Positions 47,755-58,467 of a stretch of DNA of 64,000 bases are shown here, in pieces. The notes under the pieces are model-generated. The model saw only the letters and a program-made list of their open reading frames with translations. It was not told the origin of the DNA and searched no databases. This DNA comes from an uncultured delta proteobacterium. GTDB taxonomy: Bacteria; Desulfobacterota; Desulfobacteria; Desulfobacterales; JAHEIW01. Numbering within the stretch: position 1 is the stretch's first letter; every line of letters starts with the position of its first letter. A program made the position numbers and the translations under genes. The stretch is taken from positions 64,001-128,000 of the forward strand of contig CAVPNL010000005.1 of NCBI GenBank assembly GCA_963706575.1. The letters run 5' to 3'.

Positions 47755-48923
47755 TTGAAGAAACGGTTGATTTTGATCATTTTTCTGGTTTTGCTCTTAG
47801 GGGTAGGCGTGCTGGTTTACTGGGGTCAGAGAAAAGAGCGCATCGCCGAACTTTATTATTCGGGCACCATCGAAGCCACACAGGCCAATCTCGCTTTCCA
47901 GGTTAGCGGCCGGGTGAGCAAAGTTTTTTTTGACGAGGGGCAGGCGGTTGAAAAAAACCAGCTGCTCGCTGCGCTCGAAAAAGAAGAATTCAATGCGCGC
48001 CGGGATCAAGCCCGGTTTGATTTGATCCGATCCGGCGAAAATCTAAAACAACTGGAAACCCTTCTGGAGATCAATCGCAAAGTACTTCCGGCAGAAGTTG
48101 AAAGAGTCGAAGCATCGGCTCAGGCGCTGCAATCCCAACTGGCCGAACTTGAAGCCGGCTATCGCGTCCAGGAAGTCGATCAGGCCCGTTATGCTTATGA
48201 ACAGGCGCAATTTGCCCTGGAAGAGGCGCACAAAGATAAAATCCGATTCGACCGGCTTTTCGAAAGAAAAATCATTGCCGAAAATGATAAGGAGACTACT
48301 GATCTGAAATATGAAACTGCCTTAAAGGAATATGAACGCGCCAAGAAAGGCTATGAACTTCTTAAAGAAGGATATCGAAAAGAATCCATCGCAACCGCGC
48401 GGTCTCAAGATTGGCAGAAGGCCGGGCGGCCCTCAAACAGGCCAAAGTAATTTGAAAAAAATCGAGGCGGCTGAGCAGGAGGTGGAAGCTGGCAAAGCCC
48501 AGGTGCTTTCCGCTAAAGCAGCGCTCGAGCTGGCAAAGATCCAGCTGAAGCTATTCCGAATTGAGAGCTCCATTTAACGGTATTCTTGTCAGCCGCAATG
48601 TGGAACCCGGCGAGGTGGTTTCGCCCGGCCAGGAAGTCATCTCACTGGCCGATCTTGTCCGAAGTGGATCTGAAGGTTTTTGTGGCTGAAACCGAAATCG
48701 GAAAAGTTAAGCCCGGCCAAAAGGTGGATGTGAAAATCGATACTTTTCCAGCCAAAACCTATCCGGGAATGTCTCTTTTATTTCTCCCGAAGGCGAGTTT
48801 ACACCCAAAATTATCCAGACCCACAAGGAACGGGTGAAACTGGTGTATCTGGTCAAAATTACAATTCCCAATCCGGATCTCGAACTCAAATCCGGGATGC
48901 CCGCCGATGCCTGGTTCCGATAA
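47755..48923 (+). CDS. HlyD-family membrane fusion protein (YbhG-like); several frameshifts after 48400
   Basis: SD GGAGG + TTG 47755; 'YSGTIEA...FQVSGRV'. C-terminal 'EFTPK.IQT..ERVKLVY.VKI...LKSGMPADAWFR*' is spread over shifting frames. Confidence 0.82.
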
Positions 48924-49719
48924 TCGACCAGCTGCAGATTCGTCGCTCCGCAGCGATCGAATCTGCCGATCATCGAGGTGGAAGACGTATCCAAAAAATT
49001 TGGATCTTAACGGCTGTCTCCGACGTCTCTTTCGCGGTTCAGAGCGGGAACAATCTGCGGGCTGGTGGGATCAGACGGCGCCGGCAAAACCACGCTGTTT
49101 GCGAATGATTGCCACCATGATTCGTCCGACATCCGGGAAAATTCATTGTCGACGGTCTGGATGTCGTTAACCAAAAAGCTCGGGTCAAAGAAGTCGATCG
49201 GTTATATGCCCCAGCGGTTTGGTCTGTATCAGGATCTGACGGTCGCTGAAAACCTTGATTTTTTCATGGACATTTACGGCATCAGCGGGGCTGAAAGACA
49301 CAAGACGACGGAGACGTTATCTCGGGTTTTCCAATCTGTTGCCGTTTTTGCGATCGACAGGCCGGCGATCTTTCCGGCGGGATGAAGCAAAAACTGGGAT
49401 TGGCCTGTGTGCTTGGTGCACCAGCCCAAGGTACTGATTCTGGATGAACCGACCAACGGCGTCGATCCGGTATCGCGCCAGGAATTCTGGGATATTCTGG
49501 CTGAAATGAAGCGAAACGGCATGACCATTCTCGTTTCCACGGCCTATCTGGATGAAGGTGAAAAATGTGACCGACTGATCCTGATGCACAACGCGCGGAT
49601 TCTTGACATCGCCGACGCCTCATGAAATTCAGGCCGATTTTTCCGATCTTGAAGAAGCCATGATTCACCGGATCCAGGCGACAGACAATGCCATGGCTGA
49701 GGACAGTTTTGCATCCTGA
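48907..49719 (+). CDS. ABC ATP-binding protein (YbhF-like, first NBD); frameshifted
   Basis: Fragments 'G.DGAGKTT', 'GYMPQRFGLYQDLTVAENL', 'LSGGMKQKLGLAC' and 'LILDEPTNGVDP' lie in different frames. Confidence 0.8.
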
Positions 49720-50457
49720 AGCGGTCAATGTTTTAGAATCTCGAAAAACGATTCGGTCAATTTGTGGCCGTTGATCGGATTTCATTTTCCGTCCGAACCG
49801 GGAGAAATCTTTGGATTCCTGGGGCCCAACGGGGCCGGTAAATCCACCACCATTCGCATGCTCTGCGGCATCATCACCCCCAGCGCGGGAAGCGGCCATG
49901 TGGCCGGATACGATATTTTCACCCAGTCCGAGGAAATCAAACAGACCATCGGTTACATGTCCCAGAAATTTTCTCTGTATCTGGACATGACCCCTTTTGA
50001 AAACATCCGGTTTTATCTGGGCATTTACAATGTCCCCTCGCGTATTTGGAAAGAGCGCACGCAAGAAGTCCTGAAGATCACCCGTCTGACCAACATGCAA
50101 GACCGTCTGACCCGCGAGCTGCCGCCGGGATGGCGCCAGCGCCTGGCGTTGGGCTGCGCGCTTTTGCACCAGCCGAAATTATTGTTTCTGGATGAACCCA
50201 CCTCCGGCGTGGATCCGATTACCCGCCGGCATTTTTGGGAATTCATCAAGCAGCTCACCGGCGAGGGCGTCACCGTTTTTGTGACCACCCATTATATGGA
50301 CGAAGCCCAGCATTGCGACCGGGTGGTCATGATCAACGAAGGCAAAATCGTCGCCGCCGGCCCGCCGCGGAGATTATCCGCAGAGATATTTCCGGATCAG
50401 CCGGATGCGGATTTAAACGATGCTTTCGTCAAGTTGATGACCCGGAGGACGCCGTGA
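49709..50457 (+). CDS. ABC ATP-binding protein (YbhF-like, second NBD); N-terminus frameshifted
   Basis: GPNGAGKST, 'GYMSQKFSLY', 'LP.GWRQRLAL', 'LDEPTSGVDP' and 'TTHYMDEA'. Confidence 0.85.
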
Positions 50458-51590
50458 ATCCGAAAAACGTAAAGGCCATCGCCCGCAAGGAATATCTACC
50501 ACCTGATCCGGGATTTCCGCAGCCTTTACCTGGCCTTTATTATTCCCTTGCTTTTGATTTTGCTCTTCGGTTATGCGCTCAGCCTGGATGTGGAAAATAT
50601 AAAGACCGTGGTGGTTGATCATGATAAGACCACAGAGAGCCGTGATTTCATCCGCAAACTGAACGCTTCCGTCTATTTCAAAGTCATTGACCATCTTGCG
50701 GATAGTGCTGCGGCCATTGAGTCTCTTGACCGAAACCAGGCCATTTTAGCCATTGTGATTCCGCCCGGCTGGACAGCGGATCTTAAAGTCTGACCGCAAA
50801 AGTCCGCTGCAGGTGATCATTGACGGCAGTGATCCCAATTTTGCCGGCAGCACCCGGGCATACATCACGGCGTATATTTCCCGAGGCCAATCAGAATCAA
50901 CTGCTTGAATTTCTCAACCGTCAGGGTCTGGAAAAGATAAAGCCCCCGGTGGAGGGTCGCATCCGGGTTTGGTTTAACGAGGATCTGGAAAGCCGCAATT
51001 TTATCATTCCGGGGATTATTGCGATGATTATCATGATTGTCGGCGCCTTGCTGACATCGCTGGTGATCGCCCGGGAATATGAAAACGGAACCATGGAAAC
51101 CATCCGGTCGCTGCCGGTGCGGGCGGGTGAATTTTTAGTGGGAAAGGCCTTGCCCTATTTTTTTATCGGGCTTGTCGATGTGCTGGTGGCGATTTTAATG
51201 GGTCAGCTGTTGTTCGGTGTGGTCATGAAGTCCAGCTTCTGGTTGATGATGATGGCGTCCTCCGTTTATCTGGGGGTGGCGCTGTGCATCGGGCTGTTGA
51301 TTTCCACCCTGACCAAATCCCAATTGGTGGCCAATCAGATGGCGATTCTGGTGACCTATCTGCCGTCGCTGTTGCTTTCCAATTTTGTATTTCCAAAGGA
51401 AAACATGCCCGCAATTCTAAAAATGGTCACCTTTATCGTACCGGCCACCTATTTTATTGATATCCTCAACGGACTCTATTTGCGGAATCTGAGCCTTTCT
51501 TATCTGTGGCCCAGCTTCCTGGTTCTTTTTCTGATGTTTGTGTTTTTGATCACCATCAACATGGTCATTTTAAAAAAGGAGGGATTATGA
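50454..51590 (+). CDS. ABC-2 type permease (YbhS-like); frameshifted
   Basis: GTG start 'VKAIARKE', 'LFGYALSLDV', 'RVWFNEDLESRNFIIPG' and 'IAREYENGTME'. Confidence 0.83.
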
Positions 51591-51591
51591 G

Positions 51592-52713
51592 ATGAGCGGG
51601 CTAAGAATCCGCGAGCTGGTCAGAAAAGAATTTATTCAGCTTTTCCGAGACAAGAAAAACAGACCGCTTTTGATTATTGCCCCGCTGGTGCAGCTGATTG
51701 TTTTTGGTTACGTGGTCACCACCGATGTTCGCGACATCCGGGTCGGGCTGGTCGATCAATCCCACACATCGGAAAGCCGCCGGTTCATGGATGCCATCGA
51801 CGGCAACAAAACGTTCAGGATTACTCATTATTTGAATCGTTCCGCAGACATTGACCGCCTGTTGCTTCAGCGGAAGATCGATTTGGGCGTTATCCTTCCG
51901 CCGGATTTCAGTTCACAAATTCGCAAAAGGGAGACTGCTGAAATCCAGATACTGGCAGACGGCAGCATGAGCAATATGGCTTCCATCAGAATTTCTTACG
52001 CCATGTCAGTGCTGGACAGCTTCAATAGCCAGCTCATCCGAGAGCTTTATGCCAAACGAATCGATTACGGGGAAATCGACGGGCGCATCCGTACCTGGTA
52101 CAATCCGAACCTGGACAGCCAGTATTTTTATGTGCCGGGTATTGTCGCATTTCTGGTGATGTTGCTATCTTTGCTGTTTACCTCCATGGCGATTGTGCGC
52201 GAAAAGGAATCCGGCACCATGGAACAGCTGATCGTGACGCCTTTAAAACCCTTTGAGCTGATCTTGGGTAAAACCATTCCGTTTATCATCATTTCTCAGG
52301 CTCAGATGATACTGGTAATCGTCTTTGCCATATTCTGGTTCAAAATTCCGATGGTCGGCAATGCATTCTTATTGCTCGGTGCCACCTTTATCTTCCTGAT
52401 CAGCACCCTCGGTATCGGGCTTTTCATATCGACGGTTTCCAAAACCCAGCAACAGGCCATGATGACGAATTTTTTCTTCATTCTGCCTTTTTTTATGCTC
52501 AGCGGTTTTGTGTTTCCGATTGCCAATATGCCGACGGTGGTTCAATGGTTAACGTATTTAAATCCATTGCAGTATTTTCTGGTGATCGTGAGGGGAATTT
52601 TTCTTAAAGGAACGGGGTTGGCGGTTCTCTGGCCTCAATTTGTCGGTCTGGTGATTCTGGGAGGGATCGTTTTTTCAGCAGCGGTGAATCGTTTTAATAA
52701 ACGACTGGATTAA
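51592..52713 (+). CDS. ABC-2 type permease (YbhR-like)
   Basis: 'KEFIQLFRD', 'WYNPNL', 'IVREKESGTMEQLIVTP' and 'LSGFVFPI.NMP'. Confidence 0.92.
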   Translation: MSGLRIRELVRKEFIQLFRDKKNRPLLIIAPLVQLIVFGYVVTTDVRDIRVGLVDQSHTSESRRFMDAIDGNKTFRITHYLNRSADIDRLLLQRKIDLGVILPPDFSSQIRKRETAEIQILADGSMSNMASIRISYAMSVLDSFNSQLIRELYAKRIDYGEIDGRIRTWYNPNLDSQYFYVPGIVAFLVMLLSLLFTSMAIVREKESGTMEQLIVTPLKPFELILGKTIPFIIISQAQMILVIVFAIFWFKIPMVGNAFLLLGATFIFLISTLGIGLFISTVSKTQQQAMMTNFFFILPFFMLSGFVFPIANMPTVVQWLTYLNPLQYFLVIVRGIFLKGTGLAVLWPQFVGLVILGGIVFSAAVNRFNKRLD

Positions 52714-52801
52714 GCCACTAAATTATTTAAAGAAGCCGAAACAACCCGTGTTTGATGGGGTCGAAAAATAGGATTACTTTGTTTTAGTTGCCTATTTATT
52801 G

Positions 52802-55321
52802 CTAACGATCTTTTGCCGTTATCAGTTCATATAACAGCCCTTTTTTTGCGATAAGCTCATCATAATTTCCCATTTCTTCCATTTTGCCGGATTTCATCAC
52901 ACCGATTTTGTCGTAGCCTTTAATAATATCCAGGCGATGAACGACGGCAATCAACGTTGCTTTTCCCTTCCAGTGGGCATCCAGCAAGGATTGGATGCGT
53001 GCCTGTGAGCGGTTGTCCAGCGCCGAAGTTGCTTCGTCCATGATTAATATCTTCGGTTTTTTGAGAAATGCGCGGCCAATGGCAATCTTTTGCCGCTGTC
53101 CGCCGGAGAGGCGATCCCCTTTGCTTCCCACCTGAAACTGCATTCCGATTGTAAGGATTGTTTCCAAAAGGTCCTCTTCGATGAGCAACTGAACGACCTG
53201 CTCGTTGATCGTATCCTGGATGTGAGGATTCATCGTTATGAATTTTCCGAAAAACAAATTGTGCAGGATCGTCTGCGAGACGAGATAATCCGATTTCCGA
53301 TAAAAACTGAATGCATCCGGGTGATCAGCTGAGATCATTTCTCTGAAACGGGTTCGGGCTTTTAAAATTTCGCGCTTCAGATCATCGGGCAATTTGATCA
53401 TCTTATGCCTGCCGGGCACAAAGCGCAGTGCCAATTCTAAAAGTTTCTTCTGGTCTTCGGTACTCAGTTGAGACCATTCCAATTTATTCAGCTGTATATA
53501 GAGTGATTTGTATTTATCCAGCTCATCTGCAGCAACCGGGCTTTGTTCGAAAAATATTTCGGTCGGGGGAAGATTTCCGACAATTTCTACCGCCTGCTTG
53601 CACAAGCGGGCTCCCAGCACCATCAATGGATGCAATAGATTGGCCTCTTTAAGAAATATGAGAAAATATTCATTTTTTGCCAAATTGGGTTCCTTGAAAA
53701 CAGCCTGGTTGGCGCTTCCGAAAGTCAAATTTTTTGCCACCGTCGAGTAATATTGGTATTTTTCTTTATCAAAAAATTCGACATATTCCGACATCAGGAC
53801 ACTCAGCCGGCGCGTCACTTTTTTTCGAATTCGAATCAGTTTGGGCAACACGTTCGGATAGGTTTCAGAATCAAGAATGGCGTTCAAACCGAATCTCAAA
53901 ACATCCGGAAACAAACCTATTTGTTCGATAAGTTCAATGATGTGATCCAGATCAGGCAACGGCAAGGAGCTATCGATTTCATTTTCTCCCTGCCTGGCGG
54001 CGCATCCGTAAAGAAGATTTTCTTCGATGGTCCCATCAAAGATAAATGGTGTTTGAGACACCATCCCTGCGTTCCATGCCATATCCCTTTTTGTGAGGCC
54101 GTCAACTTCCTGGTTGCCGATGCGCACATGTCCTTTGGTGTATTTGTAAAGCTGCCCGATACAATTGGCCAGGGTGCTTTTGCCGCTGCCGGAAAATCCG
54201 ACTAAGGCCAGTTGAGCGCCGGCTGAAAGCGTAAAATTTACGTCATCGAGAAGCTGAACCCCATCCTCTGTTGTAAATGCTAAATTTTTGACTTCGATGC
54301 TCCCATCCAGCTGATACGGTGGTCGATCTTCAGGTTCAATCGCAAACTCAGGGGCAACGTCAAAATATTGCATTGTTCGTTGATAGCTGACAGACGCTTC
54401 TTGATAAGCCTGGTAGACATCGATGAGTTCACTCCAGGGATCGAAAAGTTTTTCCTGAGCGGACAAAAATGCCACCAGGGCACCCAACTCAAGTCTTCCA
54501 TTGATGGTAAGATAGCCGCCCAGCAGAAAGATGATAAAAGGGCTGAAGCTGGTGAAAAAATTACTGCTGACCTTGATCCCCTGACGGTAGAGGTTCCAGG
54601 AGATCCTTATTTTCTGAAGTTTGTTTACCAGGAACTCAAATTTTTTATTTTCTAAATGGTGGGCTGCATTGGCTTGTATCTCATGAATTCCGGAAACAGC
54701 CTCGGCAAGTTTGCCTGAAAAATCACGTGATACATCCACGCGCTTTTTGTTTTCCATATTGGCTCTCCGTTGCAGCATGGGAAGTACGAAAACCGCAACA
54801 GGATATATTGCAAACGAAACAATGGCTAAAAGAGGATTCAGCCGTAGAAGATAAACGGTAAAGGCCAAAAGGCTCAGGACACTGGTAAGCGGAATGGCCA
54901 CCGCCATACCGACAAAGTCCCCGGCAGTAGCCAACTCAGAGACAAACGACTGAACCACCATTCCGGGCTGAGTTTTTCTGAAAAAGCCCAAAGGCAGCGT
55001 CAGCACATGACGGTACAGGTCTTTGCGCATGTCTGCCAGGGCGCGTTGCCCGATTATGGTCTGAAGGTAGCTGATAACGAACTTGAGACCCCCGGCGAGG
55101 ACAACGGCCGCTAAATAGATACCGCAATAAATCAGCAACAATTCAAAGGCTTTCAATTGGATCGCCTGGTTGACAATTCGTTTTTGCATTTCAAGCGGTA
55201 CAATCCTTACGAAAACCGTGGCAAATACGGTTATCACCAGAAATAGCTTGAGCTTGGAGTTGCCCCTGAAGACCCATGAAAGTAAAGGCTTTTTTACAAT
55301 CGGTGTTTCGCTTTTTTTCAT
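52802..55321 (-). CDS. ABC transporter permease/ATP-binding fusion with a large insertion in the NBD
   Basis: ABC TM domain, Walker A GFSGSGKST and Q-loop, then about 245 extra residues before LSGGQRQK and 'MDEATSALD'. Confidence 0.9.
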   Translation of the reverse strand: MKKSETPIVKKPLLSWVFRGNSKLKLFLVITVFATVFVRIVPLEMQKRIVNQAIQLKAFELLLIYCGIYLAAVVLAGGLKFVISYLQTIIGQRALADMRKDLYRHVLTLPLGFFRKTQPGMVVQSFVSELATAGDFVGMAVAIPLTSVLSLLAFTVYLLRLNPLLAIVSFAIYPVAVFVLPMLQRRANMENKKRVDVSRDFSGKLAEAVSGIHEIQANAAHHLENKKFEFLVNKLQKIRISWNLYRQGIKVSSNFFTSFSPFIIFLLGGYLTINGRLELGALVAFLSAQEKLFDPWSELIDVYQAYQEASVSYQRTMQYFDVAPEFAIEPEDRPPYQLDGSIEVKNLAFTTEDGVQLLDDVNFTLSAGAQLALVGFSGSGKSTLANCIGQLYKYTKGHVRIGNQEVDGLTKRDMAWNAGMVSQTPFIFDGTIEENLLYGCAARQGENEIDSSLPLPDLDHIIELIEQIGLFPDVLRFGLNAILDSETYPNVLPKLIRIRKKVTRRLSVLMSEYVEFFDKEKYQYYSTVAKNLTFGSANQAVFKEPNLAKNEYFLIFLKEANLLHPLMVLGARLCKQAVEIVGNLPPTEIFFEQSPVAADELDKYKSLYIQLNKLEWSQLSTEDQKKLLELALRFVPGRHKMIKLPDDLKREILKARTRFREMISADHPDAFSFYRKSDYLVSQTILHNLFFGKFITMNPHIQDTINEQVVQLLIEEDLLETILTIGMQFQVGSKGDRLSGGQRQKIAIGRAFLKKPKILIMDEATSALDNRSQARIQSLLDAHWKGKATLIAVVHRLDIIKGYDKIGVMKSGKMEEMGNYDELIAKKGLLYELITAKDR

Positions 55322-55398
55322 TGCCCTTGCCTCCGTAGTTTCGAAATAGTGAAACTTGTCAGCGGTTCATTTACACCAATTCGGGTTATCAGATCCGC

Positions 55399-55429
55399 TT
55401 GACACAATTGTATGATTGGGACACAATTG
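55399..55429 (+). promoter_or_regulatory. sigma70-like promoter overlapped by a GACACAATTG direct repeat
   Basis: TTGACA-17 nt-CACAAT; GACACAATTG at 55401 and at 55420. Confidence 0.45.
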
Positions 55430-55783
55430 CATCGTAAATTTTCGATTGAATGCCGAAGATATTTTTGTTGTAACAGAGACTGGCAGGAGAAAGAAATTAA
55501 AAAATGGATAAATTTTTTGTTTTGATGCTTCTCGTGCGCTCAAATATTGCAGCCAATAACCTGCCTATAAAAAGCAAAAGTTTAGGGAAAAGTCATGTTT
55601 AGCATTTCACTGCAGGAAATTTTATTGCTTTGATAACAGGGAGTGGTTTCGCTTTCTATCATCTGTATCTATTTTTGAGGGTACGGCGTGCCCCCTTAAA
55701 GACGGCCATTGGGATCACTTACCATGCCCGCTGCAGGTGAATCCACAAAATATAAACCTAAAATGACATCTATGTAAGAAAAC

Positions 55784-57715
55784 ATGATGGACGTCTTCAA
55801 AAAACACCCAAAACGATCTGACTGAAAAACAAGTTCCCCAAGAAGGATACACCTGATCGGCGGCTTTTAAAATTATCGCTGGCAGCGCTTGGCGTCGTGT
55901 TCGGCGATATTGGAACAAGCCCGCTTTACGCCATCCGGGAGTGTTTTCACGGAGAGTATGGCATTGCCGTGAGCCCTGCCAACGTGCTGGGTGTGCTTTC
56001 ACTGATGTTCTGGTCCCTGGTAATGATCGTAACCTTCAAGTACCTGATATTCGTTCTCAGGGCGGACAACCAGGGCGAAGGCGGCGTCATGGCGCTCACG
56101 GCGCTGATCAAAATCAGCGACAGGGCAGCTGAAAAATTCCCGTTTGACGCTCGTTTCCATCGGTCTGTTTGCTGCCTGCCTGCTTTACGGGGACGGAATG
56201 ATCACCCCGGCGATTTCGGTGCTCAGTGCGGTCGAAGGCATCAGAATCATAACCCCTTTATTCAAGCCCTATGTGGTTCCCGTCACGATCATCATTTTAG
56301 GCGGCCTCTTTATGATACAGAAGCGCGGGACTGCCAGGGTCGGAGGGCTTTTTGGACCGGTGATTCTCGTGTGGTTCAGTGTTATCGCCGTATTGGGTTT
56401 TATTCAGATTGTACGCTCTCCCCCGGTTCTGGCAGCGCTTCTGCCCTGGTACGGCATTAAATTTCTTTTGATAAACAAATTCCACGGCTTTGTCGTTTTG
56501 GGAGCCGTCTTTCTGGTGGTCACCGGAGCAGAGGCACTTTATGCCGACATGGGGCATTTCGGCAGGCGCCCCATCCGCTTGACCTGGATCGTCTTAGTAC
56601 TTCCGGCGCTGGTTTTGAATTATTTCGGCCAGGGCGCACTGCTGCTGACCCGGCCGGAAGAGGCCCATCATCCATTTTACGCACTGGTGCCCTCCTGGGC
56701 GATGATCCCGATGGTGGTATTGGCTACGCTGGCCACCATCATTGCGTCCCAGGCCGTCATCACCGGTTCTTTTTCACTGACGCGGCAGGCTATCCAGCTG
56801 GGCTACCTCCCCCGGCTCAGGGTCACCCACACTTCGGCCTCGCATATCGGCCAGATTTATGTCGGACCGGTAAACTGGCTGCTGATGATATGCACCATCG
56901 GTCTGGTCCTCGGTTTCCAATCGTCCAGCAAGCTGGCGGCTGCTTACGGCGTAGCCGTCACCTCGACCATGCTGGTCACAACGACCCTGTTTTATGTGGT
57001 TGCACGCAAACGGTGGGGATGGCGTCGGCTGACGGCCGGCATGCTGGCCGGCATCTTTTTTCTGGTGGATATCCCCTTTTTCAGCGCCAATATCAGCAAA
57101 ATTTTTCACGGCGCATGGTTTCCGCTTGCGATCGGTGCATTTTTCTTTACGTTGATGTTGACCTGGGAGCAGGGCCGCAGGATACTGGCAGATCAATTTC
57201 AAACGCTCACACCGTCATTTGATGCGTTCAAAAAAAGTCTGGATGAAAATCCACCACAGAGAATCAATGGCCAGGCCGTATTCCTGACGGGGAATCCAGA
57301 CGTGGTCCCGTCAACGCTTGTGAAAAATTTGCAACACAATAAAATTATTCATTCCGACGTCGCCATGCTGCACTTCAAAACTGAAAACGTGCCACGGGTG
57401 CCTAATTTTGACAAAGTAAAAACCGAGAAGTTAGGCGGGGGTTTCTTTCAAATTATCGCCCATCATGGGTTCATGGAGCAGCCGAAAATAGATATGATTT
57501 TAACACTGGCGCATGAACAGGGACTGAACTTCAAACTGGAAGAAGCAAGCTATTATTTGGGACGCGAGAAGCTGACCATAGGCCCGGATCCGGTAATGAG
57601 CCGCTGGCGTTCCAACCTTTTCATTTTTTTATCGCGTAATTCGATGGATGCCGCATCGTTTTTTGGCATACCGCGGGACCGGATTATCGAAGTCGGTGTC
57701 CAGCTGCAACTGTGA
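55784..57715 (+). CDS. kup: Potassium transporter Kup; frameshifts at the N-terminus and near 56140
   Basis: '[18 protein letters not shown]', 'ADNQGEGG', '[18 protein letters not shown]', '[13 protein letters not shown]' and 'IIEVGVQ'. The exact start is uncertain. Confidence 0.92.
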
Positions 57716-57763
57716 AAGTCGGCTGCAGGCAGGCGAAAGCAAACGTGCGGGGTTAAACTGAAA

Positions 57764-58349
57764 ATGGACCTGCAAAGTATAATCGAAAATTATGGATATG
57801 CCGCGATTTTAATCGGCACATTTTTAGAAGGCGAAACTATCCTGGTACTGGCAGGCCTGGCAGCCCACCAGGGATATCTGGTACTGACCTGGGTGATTTT
57901 AGCCGCTTTTCTGGGCAGTCTTTGCGGCGATCAGCTTTTTTTTTATCTGGGACGCAAGCACAGTCAGGCGGTTCTGTCCAGGCGCCCTGCCTGGAAGCAG
58001 AAGGCGGAAAAAGTTCACAAGATGCTGAACCGATTTCAAACACCGATGATCCTGTCCTTTCGGTTTCTTTACGGGCTGCGCACTATTTCCCCCTTTGTCA
58101 TCGGTATGAGTCCCGTATCCTGTCAAAAAGTTCATTTTGCTCAATGCCGCCGGAGCGCTGGTCTGGGCGGTAGCCGTCGGGTCCGGCGGCTATCTTTTCG
58201 GTCATGCTCTGGAAGTTTTTATCGGCAAGGTCAAATCATACGAGATTTATATTATGGGTAGTGTGGCAATTGTTGGTTTATCGGTATGGATTTTCCATTT
58301 TTACCGTCGCCGCAGACGGCTATCCAAATTTATCGCAAAAAGTCGATGA
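57764..58349 (+). CDS. DedA family membrane protein; frameshift near 58125
   Basis: 'GTFLEGET', 'GD...F.LGR' and 'RFLYGLR'; continues in another frame as 'LNAAGALVWA'. Confidence 0.87.
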
Positions 58350-58467
58350 TCTCCTTCAGCTGACCGCGAAACCGTATTTAACACCAAAGTGGTGAAGCGG
58401 GAACTTTTTTAGGCATCTGACGTTTTGTCATTCAATTACCGAATTATTTTTATGAGGAGGTAACATT

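Noticed and set aside
49282..50169. 295-aa minus-strand ORF
   Set aside because: It is the antisense shadow of the ABC ATPase genes.
48400..50900. Programmed frameshifting or phase variation in the ABC operon
   Set aside because: There are many shifts at unrelated sequence contexts without slippery motifs; assembly error is the simpler explanation.
55330..55790. c-di-AMP (ydaO) riboswitch upstream of kup
   Set aside because: I could not recognise the conserved aptamer motifs by eye; an Rfam scan would settle it.
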